Source: Candidatus Versatilivorator sp.
Lineage (GTDB): Bacteria; Acidobacteriota; Terriglobia; Versatilivoradales; Versatilivoraceae
DNA: 64,000 nucleotides
Assembly: GCA_965207735.1 (NCBI GenBank)
Contig: OZ242296.1
Span: 3,936,001 to 4,000,000, forward strand
Direction of reading: 5' to 3'
The translations under genes were made by a program, and so were the position numbers. Positions 28,983 to 39,539 of this stretch are shown piece by piece. Numbering within the stretch: the stretch's first letter is position 1; each line of letters begins with the position of its first letter. The notes under the pieces are model-generated. The model worked only from the letters and a program-made list of their open reading frames with translations, had not been told where the DNA came from and searched no databases.

Positions 28983-30120
28983 TCCTTCGCTCCCCGCCCT
29001 CCGGGGCTTGGATGTCCAGGCCGTAGAGTTCCTGGGCGTTGCGCCAGAAAATGCGTTCTCCCAGCTCTTTCGGGACCTTGGGAAAGGCCGCGAACGGAGA
29101 ATCGAAGTCCCAGTGGGGATAGTCGCTGGCGAACATCAGGACCCGGTCGGCTCGCATCATCTCGAACAGTTCCAGCAACTGTGAAGTCTTGGGTGGCTCT
29201 TCGATGGGCTGGCTGGTAAAGCGCACGTGGTCGAGAATGGTCTCGCTGGGCAGGCGCTTCAACCAGGGGGTTTGAATCCGCAGAGCCTTGTAGTTCTTGT
29301 CGAAGCGCCACATCAAGTGGGGGACCCAGCCGAATCCGCCTTCGATGCAGACGAATTTGAGCTTGGGAAACTTCTCGAATACCCCTTCCGAGACCAGGCT
29401 GACTAGTTGGGCCATGTAGCTCTGACTGATGTTGGTGTGTTTTTCGAAGTAGCTGGACGGGTATCCGGCCGAGCTGGGCGGCCCGGAGATTCCCGATCCC
29501 TCGTGGCCGGGATGTATCGCCACCGGCAGGTTGCATTCCTGGGCGGCCTCGTAGACGGCATGGTAGAAGGGGTTCCCGTAGGGGATGCGCGAGGCCGAGG
29601 TCATGATCGTCTGCTTGATGCGCGGGTGCCCGCCCAGCCGGCGGATTTCCCGGGCCGCCGCGGGCGGGTTCTGAGGCGCAATCACCAGGGAGCCGAACAG
29701 GCGCGGGTCCTCGCCGAGCCAGGCCTCGATCAACCAGTCGTTGTAGGCCCGAGCCATCACCGGGGCATAGTAGTAGTCGGCCGAGGTGCCGATGCCCACG
29801 ATCTCGGCGCCCGTCAGGATGGCGTAGTCGAGGTCGTAGGCGTCCAGCAGTTGCTTGCGCAGCGTCTGGTAGCAGGAGCCGGGAGGCCCGCCCCTGGGGG
29901 GAAAGGCATCGCGCCGCAGTACCCCGATCGGATTGGCGTAACCGGTGCCGGCCGTGTCCGGAATGGGGAATCCGCGCTCGCGCATTCCGGCGGGCAGATA
30001 AGGCTTGAGATCGTCCCAGGAACGGGGCTGGGTGTGAACGTCGGTGTCGATCAGGGGCAGGCGTCGGTCTCGCTTCCTGCCGGCCTTTCTTGTGGGATTG
30101 GCGCTCCCTTGCTGGCCCAT
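28975..30120 (-). CDS. Amidohydrolase family 2 protein
   Basis: IDTDVH, VAIHP and FASDYPHWD motifs; start uncertain. Confidence 0.9.
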   Translation of the reverse strand: MGQQGSANPTRKAGRKRDRRLPLIDTDVHTQPRSWDDLKPYLPAGMRERGFPIPDTAGTGYANPIGVLRRDAFPPRGGPPGSCYQTLRKQLLDAYDLDYAILTGAEIVGIGTSADYYYAPVMARAYNDWLIEAWLGEDPRLFGSLVIAPQNPPAAAREIRRLGGHPRIKQTIMTSASRIPYGNPFYHAVYEAAQECNLPVAIHPGHEGSGISGPPSSAGYPSSYFEKHTNISQSYMAQLVSLVSEGVFEKFPKLKFVCIEGGFGWVPHLMWRFDKNYKALRIQTPWLKRLPSETILDHVRFTSQPIEEPPKTSQLLELFEMMRADRVLMFASDYPHWDFDSPFAAFPKVPKELGERIFWRNAQELYGLDIQAPEGGERRNG

Positions 30121-30316
30121 GGTCTCTCCGGCGGTTCTCAAACGATGGGAAGTTTGCAACCCATGGAGCGAACGCTGTCGCTCATGTCCGGTCCCCTCAA
30201 ACTGTACCGTTTCCGGCATTTTCTCCCGATCGGGACCCAAAAGACAACGGGTTCCCGTATCCGGCGGGACTTGCCTTGCCTGATACAAAGGAAAAAAGAC
30301 AAAGGGAAAAAGAGCT

Positions 30317-30920
30317 ATCCACGAAGACACACGAAGAACGACGAAGGGCCACTAAGGCGTTGAGGTGAACCGCGACGGGATACCAAGGTCGCGAAAGGAT
30401 TATCGATTTCTGATAGTTTCACTCTCGAATGATCCGCCCGGCAGGGAAGGGGCCGGACTGTTTTGTAATTGATAATCCCCGGGCGAACGCCCGGGCGACC
30501 CATTGAGCCGCGGAGCGGCGGCAGCAGGTAGCCGTGGGCGTAAGCCCATGGAAAGGGGTAGCTCCACGTCGAGCCGCGAAGGCGGCGACAGCAGAGGGCC
30601 GAAAGCGCGAGGCCCCGGAGACCGGCTCTCCTGAGACAAAAGAAAAAGAGGAATCCACGAAGGGCCACGAAGAACGACGAAGGACCACTAAGGCGTTGAG
30701 GTGAACCGCAACGGGATACCAAGGTCGCGAAGGGATAGCCGATTTCTGATTGTTTCACTCTCGAATGATCCGCACACCAGGGAAGGGGCCGGACTTACCT
30801 GAGAATATGCTGCTTTAGCCGGCTTCCTTGAGAGCGGCGAAGCCGCGGCAGCACTTAGCCGTGGGCGTCAGCCCATGGGAAACGTCGCCTATGGGTTCGA
30901 GCCGCGTAGGCGGCGGTAGC
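30317..30920. repeat. Composite REP/BIME-like element: ~143-bp direct repeats (30317-30459, 30653-30795) around GC-rich palindromes
   Basis: 336-bp period; AGCCGCG..GCGGCG and CCGTGGGCGTAAGCCCATGG hairpins; inverted copy at ~43980-44325. Confidence 0.85.
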
Positions 30921-31459
30921 AAATGCCGGTGAGCCCAAGTGAAGCACAAGCCGACGCAATGATGTTAATTTGAAACAACGCCTTGTGCCGGGTGGCGGAA
31001 AATCCGTTCAAAGTCCAGCATCGTCAGACGGCTAATTTACATGGATGGACAGGATTATTGGGCGAGAGTTTCCACCGTCTTGAGTTCAACCATCGCCTCT
31101 GTTCCAACACGGATTTCCCAGAACCCGCTCCCGGGCTCTTGGATCACTTCCAACACCCACCCGATCATCAAGCGGGTCTGCTTCTGTGGCACAGCCTCTC
31201 GTGCCGTTTGTCCTGTTTATCCTGTGCATCCATGTTCAATAAGTAGAAAACCGGTCTTGCACGACATGGCCCTTGTTCTCGACAGGCCATGAAGATTCGT
31301 TGTTTCACTCTCGCATGATCCGCACGCGGGGACGGAGAAGCGGCTAACCTCCGTGGCGGGCGCGGAGTTCGTCAAAAGCCTGTCCGATTCCGAGGGAGTC
31401 CGGGTATACTCCGGGACGGAAGGCAGCAACCTGCAACCGTTCAACTGAAAGGGATTTCC

Positions 31460-32260
31460 ATGCGCATACCGGATCTGGTGGCCATCGTCACAGGCGGCGC
31501 CGGGGCTGTCGGCGGCGGCATCTCCCGCTGCCTGGCTCGGGAGGGCGCCCACATCGTGGTCGCCGACATTGCCCTGGAGCCTGCGGAAAAGCGCGCCGAA
31601 GAGATCCGCGGGATGGGGCGGCGGTCTCTGGCGGTCAAGGCCGACATCACCTTGGAAAAGGACTGTCAGGAGCTGGTCCGGGCATCCTTGAAGGAGTTCG
31701 GGCGCATTGACATCCTGGTCAACAACGCCGGCCATTTCGGCGACCGCCTGGGGTTGCCCTTCACCAATCAGACCGAGGAGGAGTGGGACGACAATTACAC
31801 CATTAACGTCAAGGGCCCCTTCTTCCTCTGCAAGGCGGTAGCTCCACACATGATGGAGCGCCGTTCCGGCAAGATCATCAACATCTCCTCGATCGCCGCC
31901 AAGCGCGATCCCCAGATCGTGCCGGCCTACGCCGCCGGCAAGAACGCCCTGCTCACCCTCACCCGCATCGTGGCCAAGGACCTGGCTCCCTACAACATCA
32001 ACGTCAACGCCATCTGTCCGGGAATGGTCTGGGGACATTTCTGGAAGCGCCTGGCGCCCCTGGTGGCGGCGGGAGAACCCTCCTTTACGGGAATGGAGCC
32101 CCGCGAGCTGTTTGAAGCCTGGTTCCACAAGAGCACACCCCTGCAGCGCGAGCAGACACCCGAGGACATCGGCAACCTCGCCGCCTTTCTGGCCTCGGAG
32201 GAAGCCCGCAATATCACCGGCCAAACCATTCACGTGGATGGCGGGGCGGCCATGAACTGA
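31460..32260 (+). CDS. Short-chain dehydrogenase/reductase
   Basis: VTGGAG, NNAG and YAAGK motifs. Confidence 0.95.
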   Translation: MRIPDLVAIVTGGAGAVGGGISRCLAREGAHIVVADIALEPAEKRAEEIRGMGRRSLAVKADITLEKDCQELVRASLKEFGRIDILVNNAGHFGDRLGLPFTNQTEEEWDDNYTINVKGPFFLCKAVAPHMMERRSGKIINISSIAAKRDPQIVPAYAAGKNALLTLTRIVAKDLAPYNINVNAICPGMVWGHFWKRLAPLVAAGEPSFTGMEPRELFEAWFHKSTPLQREQTPEDIGNLAAFLASEEARNITGQTIHVDGGAAMN

Positions 32261-32274
32261 ACAGTCGGGGGACC

Positions 32275-33039
32275 TCAGACGCCCTTCCTCAGTCCGGCGA
32301 AGAAGGCCGGCTCGAACAGCTCCTCGGCCTGCTTGAAGCGTTCCCGGCTGCCCAGGTCCGCCCACTTGGCCTCGTCGGCGCGGTAGGCCCCGACGGGCTG
32401 TCCCTGGCCCGCCACTTGCAGGTAGGCGTCCACCAGCGAAAAGGGTGGGGAGAGGGTGAGCCTGTCCAGCAGGGCGGGGGAGACTACCTGAATACCCATG
32501 AAGGACAGGGGCGTGAGGGGACCGTCGGGAGAGCGGGCCATGCGCTCTTGCCCGGTGGCCAGGGACTGCCAGCCGCACAGCCTTTCCCGGGAGTCGAAGA
32601 GCAGGCGCCGGGAGCTTTTTCGCTGGTGGACCGCCAGGGTCGCCAGGGCTCCGGAATCGAGGTGGGCCTGCAACAGTCGTCCCAGGTGCAGGTCGCTGAG
32701 CACGTCCACGTTGTGGACCAGAAAGGGTTCCCCGCCGTCGAAGAACCAGCCGGCTCGTTGCAGGCCGCCGCCGGTGTCCAGCAGTTGCTCTTCCCGGGAA
32801 ACCGCCAGCGTGAGGCCGGCCAGGCGGTGACGCCGGCGGTAGCCGGTCAGGAATTCCGCCACCTGGTCGGCCAGGTGGTGGGTGTTGACGATGATCTCCC
32901 TGAAGCCCTGTTGAGCCAATCGAGAGATGACCCCGGCCAACAGGGGGATTCCCTGAATTTCCACCAGCGCCTTGGGCTTTTGGCGGCCCAGCGGACCCAG
33001 GCGCGTTCCCCGTCCGGCTGCCAGGATCATGGCTTTCAT
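32275..33039 (-). CDS. Sugar-phosphate nucleotidyltransferase (MurU-like)
   Basis: MKAMILAAGRGTRL and LLDTGGGL motifs; coupled to the upstream kinase. Confidence 0.9.
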   Translation of the reverse strand: MKAMILAAGRGTRLGPLGRQKPKALVEIQGIPLLAGVISRLAQQGFREIIVNTHHLADQVAEFLTGYRRRHRLAGLTLAVSREEQLLDTGGGLQRAGWFFDGGEPFLVHNVDVLSDLHLGRLLQAHLDSGALATLAVHQRKSSRRLLFDSRERLCGWQSLATGQERMARSPDGPLTPLSFMGIQVVSPALLDRLTLSPPFSLVDAYLQVAGQGQPVGAYRADEAKWADLGSRERFKQAEELFEPAFFAGLRKGV

Positions 33040-34481
33040 GGCAAGGCCGCCAACTCGCGGTGATGAAGATCGACCCGAAGGTCCTTCCGGGATTGCAGGT
33101 GGGCAGCCATGCGCTCGGCGCAGAACACCGAACGGTGGCGCCCACCGGTGCAGCCGAAGGCGACGGTCAGATCGGTGAAGTTTCGCCCCAGGTGGTGATT
33201 CACCGCCTGATCCACCAGCGTCCTGGTCTGAGTCAGGAAGCGCTGCACCTCGCGGTCCTCTTGCAGGAAGCCGACGACCTCCTGGTCCCGGCCGGTGAGA
33301 GGGGCGTAGGCTGGATTGCGGCCGGGGTTGGGCAGGATGCGGCAGTCGAACACGTATCCTCCCCCATGCCCGGTCCGGTCCCGGGGCAGGCCCTGCTTGT
33401 AGGAAAAGCTCTTGACGTGAACGGTGAGCCCCGGTCGTTGCTCCTGTCCTTTCCGGCGCAGGGAATCGCATCCGATCATGCGCCGCCATACCTCCGACAA
33501 CGCGGGCAGCCGGACCGGCAAGGCGCCCTGAGCCAGGAGTCCTTCCAGAGTGTGCAGGCCATAGGGAATGCTGGCCACGAAGTGGCTCTTGCCCTGGTGG
33601 AGTCCCCGGTAGCCGTAGGCGCCGAAGGCCTGCATCAGGCGCAACAGGGCGTAGGGCCGGTAGAAGCGCAAGAAGGTCTCCGGCTGGAGGGAGGTCAGAT
33701 TGGCGGCCACTCCCAGGTAGTGATTCAGCAACTCATTCCTCAAGGACCAGGGCAGGTCCGCCTTGGAGTCCAGCAGCAGTGAAGCCACGTCATACTGCAG
33801 CGCGCCCTTCCGCCCCCCCTGGTAGTCGATGCAGTAAAGCCTTTCCTGAAACCACATGAGGTTGCGGGACTGGAAATCGCGGTAGAGGAAGTGGTTGGTG
33901 TCGGCTTCCATCAGGAAATCGATCAAGGTGTCGAAGTCATCCTCCAGCGCCTGTTCCTCGAAAGGGACATCCACCAGCTTCAGGAAGTGGTACTTGAAAT
34001 AGTTCAGGTCCCAGCGCATGGACTGCCGATCGAAGCAGGGTCTGGGGTAGCACTCGGCATAGTCGAGATCCCGGCCGCCGACGATCTGAAATCGGGCCAG
34101 CGTCTCCAGGGCCTGGCGGTAGAGACCGTCCAGGCGTTCGGAGAATGCCTCCTCCCGGGTCAGGGTCGAGACCAGGGAAAAGAGGGTGACGTCACCCAGG
34201 TCCTGCTGCAGGTAGATATGGCGGTCCAGGTCCGAGGCGTAGATTTCGGGCACAGGCAGGCCCTGGCGGCGAAAGTGGCGGGAGAGCTTCAGGAAAGCCC
34301 GGTTTTCCTTGCGGTCGGGGTTGAAGGCTCCGATGACGGTCCGCCCCATTCCGGTCATGCGGAAGTAGCGGCGGACCGATCCATCGGCCGAGACCGAAGC
34401 CATCGTCTCGGCCGGTTCACCGCACCACTGCCGGTAGAGTTTCTGCAGGCGGGTTGTGACGTCGAAGCCCATCGGTCTCAC
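33036..34481 (-). CDS. AmgK-like phosphotransferase fused to a RapZ C-terminal domain
   Basis: DGSVRRYFR, YRDFQSRN, IDYQ; C-terminal FDCRILPNP and GCTGGRHRSV. Confidence 0.88.
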   Translation of the reverse strand: MRPMGFDVTTRLQKLYRQWCGEPAETMASVSADGSVRRYFRMTGMGRTVIGAFNPDRKENRAFLKLSRHFRRQGLPVPEIYASDLDRHIYLQQDLGDVTLFSLVSTLTREEAFSERLDGLYRQALETLARFQIVGGRDLDYAECYPRPCFDRQSMRWDLNYFKYHFLKLVDVPFEEQALEDDFDTLIDFLMEADTNHFLYRDFQSRNLMWFQERLYCIDYQGGRKGALQYDVASLLLDSKADLPWSLRNELLNHYLGVAANLTSLQPETFLRFYRPYALLRLMQAFGAYGYRGLHQGKSHFVASIPYGLHTLEGLLAQGALPVRLPALSEVWRRMIGCDSLRRKGQEQRPGLTVHVKSFSYKQGLPRDRTGHGGGYVFDCRILPNPGRNPAYAPLTGRDQEVVGFLQEDREVQRFLTQTRTLVDQAVNHHLGRNFTDLTVAFGCTGGRHRSVFCAERMAAHLQSRKDLRVDLHHRELAALP

Positions 34482-34591
34482 GGAACCGGATTGCTTCCAG
34501 CTGCACCTCGAAGATCATACACCAAGGGCTATATACGGGCGCCTCATCCACGGCTGTGGGGTGATATAATCGCTTTTCGGAGGGTTTCATC

Positions 34592-37500
34592 GTGTCGGAA
34601 ACAGGGCAGACGGCGGGACGACGGCAGAGAGGCTGGATCGCCCAGAATTGCGGCTCTGGATGGCGAAAGGGATGGCTCATCCTGGGGTTGATGAGCATGC
34701 GGGTCCTGTCCCTGCCGGCTCAGGAGGTTGGTCCTCCCGGCTTCGATACCGACGTGCTGCCCATCTTTCAGCAGCATTGCCTGCAGTGTCACAGTGACCA
34801 GGCGCGTCAAGGGGGATTGTCCCTGGAGACCCTGGAAAGGGTACTGGCCGGCGGAGACTCGGGTGCGGTGGTGGTGGCCCACGATCCTCTGGCAAGTCGG
34901 CTGCTGGTCCTGATCAACTCCGGCGGCATGCCCATGGGAGCACCGCCGCTGGGGGCGGGGGCCATCGACCTGGTTCGCCGCTGGATCGAAGCCGGGATGC
35001 CCGGGGAGACCGCGGAGACCCCTGTTCCCGCGACCGAGTCTCCCGTGCGCGAGCGGGAGGTGATGGCGGCCATTCTGGGGGCCAAGTGCCTGCCTTGCCA
35101 CGGGCGCAGGCGCCAGGAAGCCGCCCTGGACCTGAGGACTCGAGAGGGTTTGTTGAAAGGGGGAAAGTCGGGCCCCGCCGTCGTTCCCGGCAAGCCGGAG
35201 GAAAGCCTGCTGGTTCGGCGCATCCGGGCGCAGGAGATGCCGCCGCCCCATCTGCAGGAACAGTTCTCGGTGCGTGGCTTGACCTCGGTCGAGTTTGAGA
35301 AGGTGCAGGCCTGGATTGCCCAGGGAGCCCTGCCCGATCCCGAAAAGCCTCCCGAAACCGACCCGGGTCGGGATCCGATGGCAGGCTCCAAGGACCGGCA
35401 ATTCTGGTCCTTTCGACCGCCCAGCCGGCCGGTCGAACCCCGCGTGAAGGGAAAGGATCGCGTCCGGAACCCGATAGACGCCTTCCTGCTGGCTCGATTG
35501 GAAGCAGAGGGCCTGGGCTTTTCCCCGCCGGCTGACCGCCTGACCTTGATGAGGCGGGCCTATCTCGACCTGGTGGGCCTTCCTCCTTCGCCCGAAGAGA
35601 TTCAGTCCTACCTGGCCGACTCCGAACCCGGCGCTTACCAACGCCTGGTCGACCGTCTTCTGGAATCACCCCACTACGGTGAGCGCTGGGCCCGCTACTG
35701 GCTGGACGCCGTGGGCTATGCCGATTCCGAAGGAGGGGTTTCCTCCGACAACATCCGGCCCCACGCCTTCCGTTACCGCGATTACGTCATTCGGTCGCTG
35801 AATGCGGACAAGCCCTACGACCGGTTCCTGATCGAGCAGATCGCCGGCGACGAGCTGTTCGACTACAAGGCCGTGGAGACCTACAGCCCCGATCAGTTGG
35901 ACCTGCTGGTGGCCACCGGATTTCTGCGAATGGGACCGGACTCGACCTACAGCACCGAGCAGAACAACCTGCCGGAACGCCTGGATGTGGTGGCCACCCA
36001 GATTGAAATCCTGAGTTCCTCCACCCTGGGGCTGACACTGGCTTGCGCCCGCTGCCACGACCACAAGTACGATCCGCTGTCCCAACGGGACTACTATCGG
36101 CTGAGCGCCATCTTGAGGACGGCCTACGATCCCTACGACTGGCTGTCGCCCAGCATGGGCTGCATCGGGGTGGGAGCCAACTGCAACGAGACCAACACCC
36201 GCTTGTTGCCGCTGCCTTCGTCCGGCGAGCTGCGGGAGGTGGAGGAGTACAACGCTCCCTTCAAGCGCAAGATCGCGGAACTGGAGCGGCAACTGGAGGA
36301 GAAAGCCCGCCCCCTTCGCAAGAAGCTCCTCCAGGAAAAGATGGCGGCCCTGCCCGAGTCCCTGCGGCAGGATTTGAAAGAGGCCTCTCAGGCCGGTCCC
36401 GAAGAACGAACCCCGGTTCAGAAGTATCTGTTGGGCAAGTTTGCGGAGACCCTTCAGGTAACCGAGGCCGAAATACTTCAGCGGTTCAAGGACTTTGCCG
36501 AGACCTCCAAGGAGATCGAGGAGCAGATCAAGGACGAGAAAAAGAAGCTGAAGGCCAAGCCCAAGATACGGGCGCTGTTCGACATGGGAGGTCGTCCCAC
36601 CCCCACTCGGGTTTTGGGACGGGGAGAATACACCAATCCCGAGGACCGGGTGCTGCCGGGAGTGCCGGCGGTGCTCAACGGAGAGTTGATGCCCTACCGG
36701 CTGGAAAAGCCCGACTGGAGCACCGAAACCACCGGGCGGCGTCTGGCCCTGGCCAAATGGTTGACTCAACCCAACCACCCCCTGACGGCCCGCGTCGTGG
36801 TGAACCGCATTTGGCAGCATCATTTCGGCGTGGGGCTGGTGAGCACACCCGGCAACTTCGGCAGCACCGGTGCGCGGCCATCCCATCCCGAGCTGCTGGA
36901 TTGGCTGGCCCGAGAATTCGTGGATAGCGGTTGGAGCCTCAAGTCCCTGCACCGCTTGATCATGAGGTCCACGGCCTACCGTCAGACATCCAGCGCCGGA
37001 CGGCTCTCCCTGGAGCGCGACCCCGACAATCGCCTGGTGTCCCGTTTTCTCCTCAGGCGATTGGATGCGGACGCTCTCAGGGATTCCATTCTCAAGGTTT
37101 CGGGCCGGCTGGACCCGACCCGTTACGGTCCCGCCGACGAGCTGGAGATCGAGCCCGACGGAGAGGTGATCGCCAAAGAGAGTTCCAAGGGTTACAGGAG
37201 AAGCATCTACGTGAGGCAGAGGCGTTCCCAACCCCTCAGCCTGTTGGAGTCCTTCGATGCCCCGCTGCTGGTGCCCAACTGCCTCAAGCGGCCCCATTCC
37301 ACGGTTTCATCCCAGGCCCTGCACCTGGAGAACAGCCAGTTGGTGCGCCTCAGCGCACAGCACATGGCCGGTCGGGTGATTGACGCCGTGAGGGAGGATC
37401 CTACCAGGCAGATCGAGCGGGTCTACCTGCTGGCGCTGAGCCGACCGCCCAGTGCCGAGGAGTCCGCGACGGCCGAGGAGGCCCTCCGCCAGTTGACTCG

Positions 37501-37627
37501 AGAATGGAAACGGCATCTGGAAGTGGAGGTCCCGGCGGAGCCGGTTGCCAGCAAAGCCCGGTGGCTGGCGCTGGCATCCTTGTGCCACACTTTCCTCAAC
37601 TCCGCCGAATTTCTGTATGTGAATTGA
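34592..37627 (+). CDS. Planctomycete-type cytochrome c / DUF1549 / DUF1553 protein
   Basis: CLQCH, CLPCH, CARCHDHKYDP, YGERWAR.WLD and HPELLDWLA motifs; start uncertain. Confidence 0.93.
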   Translation: MSETGQTAGRRQRGWIAQNCGSGWRKGWLILGLMSMRVLSLPAQEVGPPGFDTDVLPIFQQHCLQCHSDQARQGGLSLETLERVLAGGDSGAVVVAHDPLASRLLVLINSGGMPMGAPPLGAGAIDLVRRWIEAGMPGETAETPVPATESPVREREVMAAILGAKCLPCHGRRRQEAALDLRTREGLLKGGKSGPAVVPGKPEESLLVRRIRAQEMPPPHLQEQFSVRGLTSVEFEKVQAWIAQGALPDPEKPPETDPGRDPMAGSKDRQFWSFRPPSRPVEPRVKGKDRVRNPIDAFLLARLEAEGLGFSPPADRLTLMRRAYLDLVGLPPSPEEIQSYLADSEPGAYQRLVDRLLESPHYGERWARYWLDAVGYADSEGGVSSDNIRPHAFRYRDYVIRSLNADKPYDRFLIEQIAGDELFDYKAVETYSPDQLDLLVATGFLRMGPDSTYSTEQNNLPERLDVVATQIEILSSSTLGLTLACARCHDHKYDPLSQRDYYRLSAILRTAYDPYDWLSPSMGCIGVGANCNETNTRLLPLPSSGELREVEEYNAPFKRKIAELERQLEEKARPLRKKLLQEKMAALPESLRQDLKEASQAGPEERTPVQKYLLGKFAETLQVTEAEILQRFKDFAETSKEIEEQIKDEKKKLKAKPKIRALFDMGGRPTPTRVLGRGEYTNPEDRVLPGVPAVLNGELMPYRLEKPDWSTETTGRRLALAKWLTQPNHPLTARVVVNRIWQHHFGVGLVSTPGNFGSTGARPSHPELLDWLAREFVDSGWSLKSLHRLIMRSTAYRQTSSAGRLSLERDPDNRLVSRFLLRRLDADALRDSILKVSGRLDPTRYGPADELEIEPDGEVIAKESSKGYRRSIYVRQRRSQPLSLLESFDAPLLVPNCLKRPHSTVSSQALHLENSQLVRLSAQHMAGRVIDAVREDPTRQIERVYLLALSRPPSAEESATAEEALRQLTREWKRHLEVEVPAEPVASKARWLALASLCHTFLNSAEFLYVN

Positions 37628-37658
37628 AAAGCTTGGCTGAAATCGAGGAACGAGTCCT

Positions 37659-39134
37659 ATGAATTCCAGACAAAGGCATGCTGCCCCCGGGAGTCGTCCC
37701 GCACCCATCGACCGGCGGACCTTCTTTTCCCAGGTGGGAGACGGCCTTCAGGGAGCCGCCCTGGCCACCTTGCTGGGGAAGGACCTTCTGGCGCCCGGTT
37801 CCCTCCTGGCGGCGGGTTCGCGACAGGTCTACGATCTGAAAAAGCAGCAACCCCATTACGAGCCCAGGGCCACCTCGGTCATTCAGTTGTTCATGAACGG
37901 CGGACCGAGCCAGGTGGATCTGCTGGATCCCAAACCCGCCCTGGAGAAATTTGCCGGTCAGCCTCCCAGCCGAGACCTGGCCAGTGAAATTCGAGCAGTG
38001 CGGGAAGCCGGCGGTCTGATGCCGTCCCCGTTCAAGTTCGCCAAGCGGGGTGAATCGGGTACCGAGGTGTCGGAGGTGATGCCTCACCTGGCGGAGCAGG
38101 TGGACGATATCACGGTGATCCGGTCCATGTTCACGCCCCACATCGCCCACGAATCCTCGCTGTTTGTCATGCATTCGGGGCGCATGTTTCCCGGGCGGCC
38201 TTCGCTGGGCGCCTGGGTGGTCTACGGCCTGGGCAGCGAGAACCGGAACCTGCCCGCCTACGTGGTGCTGGACGATCCCAAGGGACTGCCCATCAACGAC
38301 ATCCAGAACTGGCAGGCAGGCTTTCTGCCGGCCGTCTACCAGGGGACCCGGGTGCGGTCCCAGGGTTCACCGCTACTCAACCTGCATCCCAGGGAGGAGT
38401 GGCCCAATCCGGTGGTGAAGCTGTCCCGTTCTCTGCTCGGACACCTGGACCGAAACCACTTGAGCCGGCACCCGGACGAAGCGGAGCTGGAAGCTCGCAT
38501 CGCCGGTTACGAGTTGGCGGCCCGCATGCAATTGGCCGCTTCGGATGCTCTGGATGTGTCGGGGGAATCCGAGGCCACCAAGGAGATGTACGGCCTCAAC
38601 GACGAGTTGACGGCTTCCTACGGCAAACGCTGCCTGATGGCTCGAAGATTGGTGGAGCGGGGAGTCCGGCTGGTTCAAGTCTACATCGAAGGCCAGATCT
38701 GGGACAACCACAGCGCCCTGGTCAAGAACCTGGGCTATGCCTGTGGCAAGACCGACAAACCGGCCGCGGCCCTGCTAAAGGACTTGAAGCTGCGGGGATT
38801 GCTGGATCGAACCCTGGTGGTTTGGGGAGGGGAATTCGGCCGGCTTCCCATCGCCCAGCAGCCCGCCAGTGGTGAGGTGGGCCGTGATCACGGCCCCTCG
38901 GGATTCAGCGTCTGGCTGGCCGGAGGCGGGATCAAGGGGGGCACCGTCTACGGAGCCACCGATGACATCGGCTTCAAGGCCGTGGACAACCCCGTCAGCG
39001 TGCACGACTTCCACGCCACCATCCTTCACCTGCTGGGTATGAACCACCGGCAGTTGATCTTCGAGCGCGAGGGCCGTAGCGAAAGACTGACGGACGAGTT
39101 TCCCGCCCGCATCGTCCAGGATATTATTGCCTAG
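37659..39134 (+). CDS. DUF1501 family protein (Tat signal)
   Basis: DRRTFF, GGPSQVDLLDPKP, GEFGRLP and GRDH motifs. Confidence 0.93.
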   Translation: MNSRQRHAAPGSRPAPIDRRTFFSQVGDGLQGAALATLLGKDLLAPGSLLAAGSRQVYDLKKQQPHYEPRATSVIQLFMNGGPSQVDLLDPKPALEKFAGQPPSRDLASEIRAVREAGGLMPSPFKFAKRGESGTEVSEVMPHLAEQVDDITVIRSMFTPHIAHESSLFVMHSGRMFPGRPSLGAWVVYGLGSENRNLPAYVVLDDPKGLPINDIQNWQAGFLPAVYQGTRVRSQGSPLLNLHPREEWPNPVVKLSRSLLGHLDRNHLSRHPDEAELEARIAGYELAARMQLAASDALDVSGESEATKEMYGLNDELTASYGKRCLMARRLVERGVRLVQVYIEGQIWDNHSALVKNLGYACGKTDKPAAALLKDLKLRGLLDRTLVVWGGEFGRLPIAQQPASGEVGRDHGPSGFSVWLAGGGIKGGTVYGATDDIGFKAVDNPVSVHDFHATILHLLGMNHRQLIFEREGRSERLTDEFPARIVQDIIA

Positions 39135-39147
39135 CGTGCTACTGCAT

Positions 39148-39360
39148 TTACTGAATGCTTACCACGTTGCTGGCCTTCAGCCCCTTCGGACCGCGCTCGA
39201 TGGTGAATTCCACCCGCTGTCCCTCATCCAGCGACCGGTAGCCATCCGACTGCACCGCCGAATAATGCACAAAGACATCCTCGCCGCCTTCATGAGAAAT
39301 GAAGCCGTAGCCTTTGCTTGAGTTAAACCACTTTACAGTTCCCTGAATTCTATCTGACAT
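39148..39360 (-). CDS. Cold-shock protein
   Basis: GTVKWFN, KGYGFI (RNP1) and VFVH (RNP2) motifs. Confidence 0.95.
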   Translation of the reverse strand: MSDRIQGTVKWFNSSKGYGFISHEGGEDVFVHYSAVQSDGYRSLDEGQRVEFTIERGPKGLKASNVVSIQ

Positions 39361-39420
39361 AGCCCTTCGCTCACTCCTTCTCCAAAATAGTTGACACCCC
39401 GGATCTCCGAGTGTCGGGAC

Positions 39421-39450
39421 AAAAAAAAGCCGCCTCAAACCGCGGCGGCT
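39421..39450 (-). terminator. Terminator-like hairpin + U8 in the csp leader
   Basis: Minus strand AGCCGCC-GCGGUUUGA-GGCGGCU followed by a U-tract. Confidence 0.6.
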
Positions 39451-39494
39451 GCTTCAAAACCGAACAGACACTCGCCTCACCAGAGTCAGAGGCC

Positions 39495-39523
39495 ACTATA
39501 CGCTTCGGGTTTTTCCTTGTCAA
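39495..39523 (-). promoter_or_regulatory. Sigma70 promoter of the csp gene
   Basis: Minus strand TTGACA-N17-TATAGT. Confidence 0.8.
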
Positions 39524-39539
39524 TCCCGAGCGTTGAAAC

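Noticed and set aside
30317-30920. CRISPR array
   Set aside because: Repeats are long and few and lack unique equal-length spacers; no cas genes
31217-33489. 642-aa ORF and the long N-terminal extension of the 404-aa ORF
   Set aside because: They overlap real SDR, MurU-like and AmgK-like genes in other frames; the true start is at 33039
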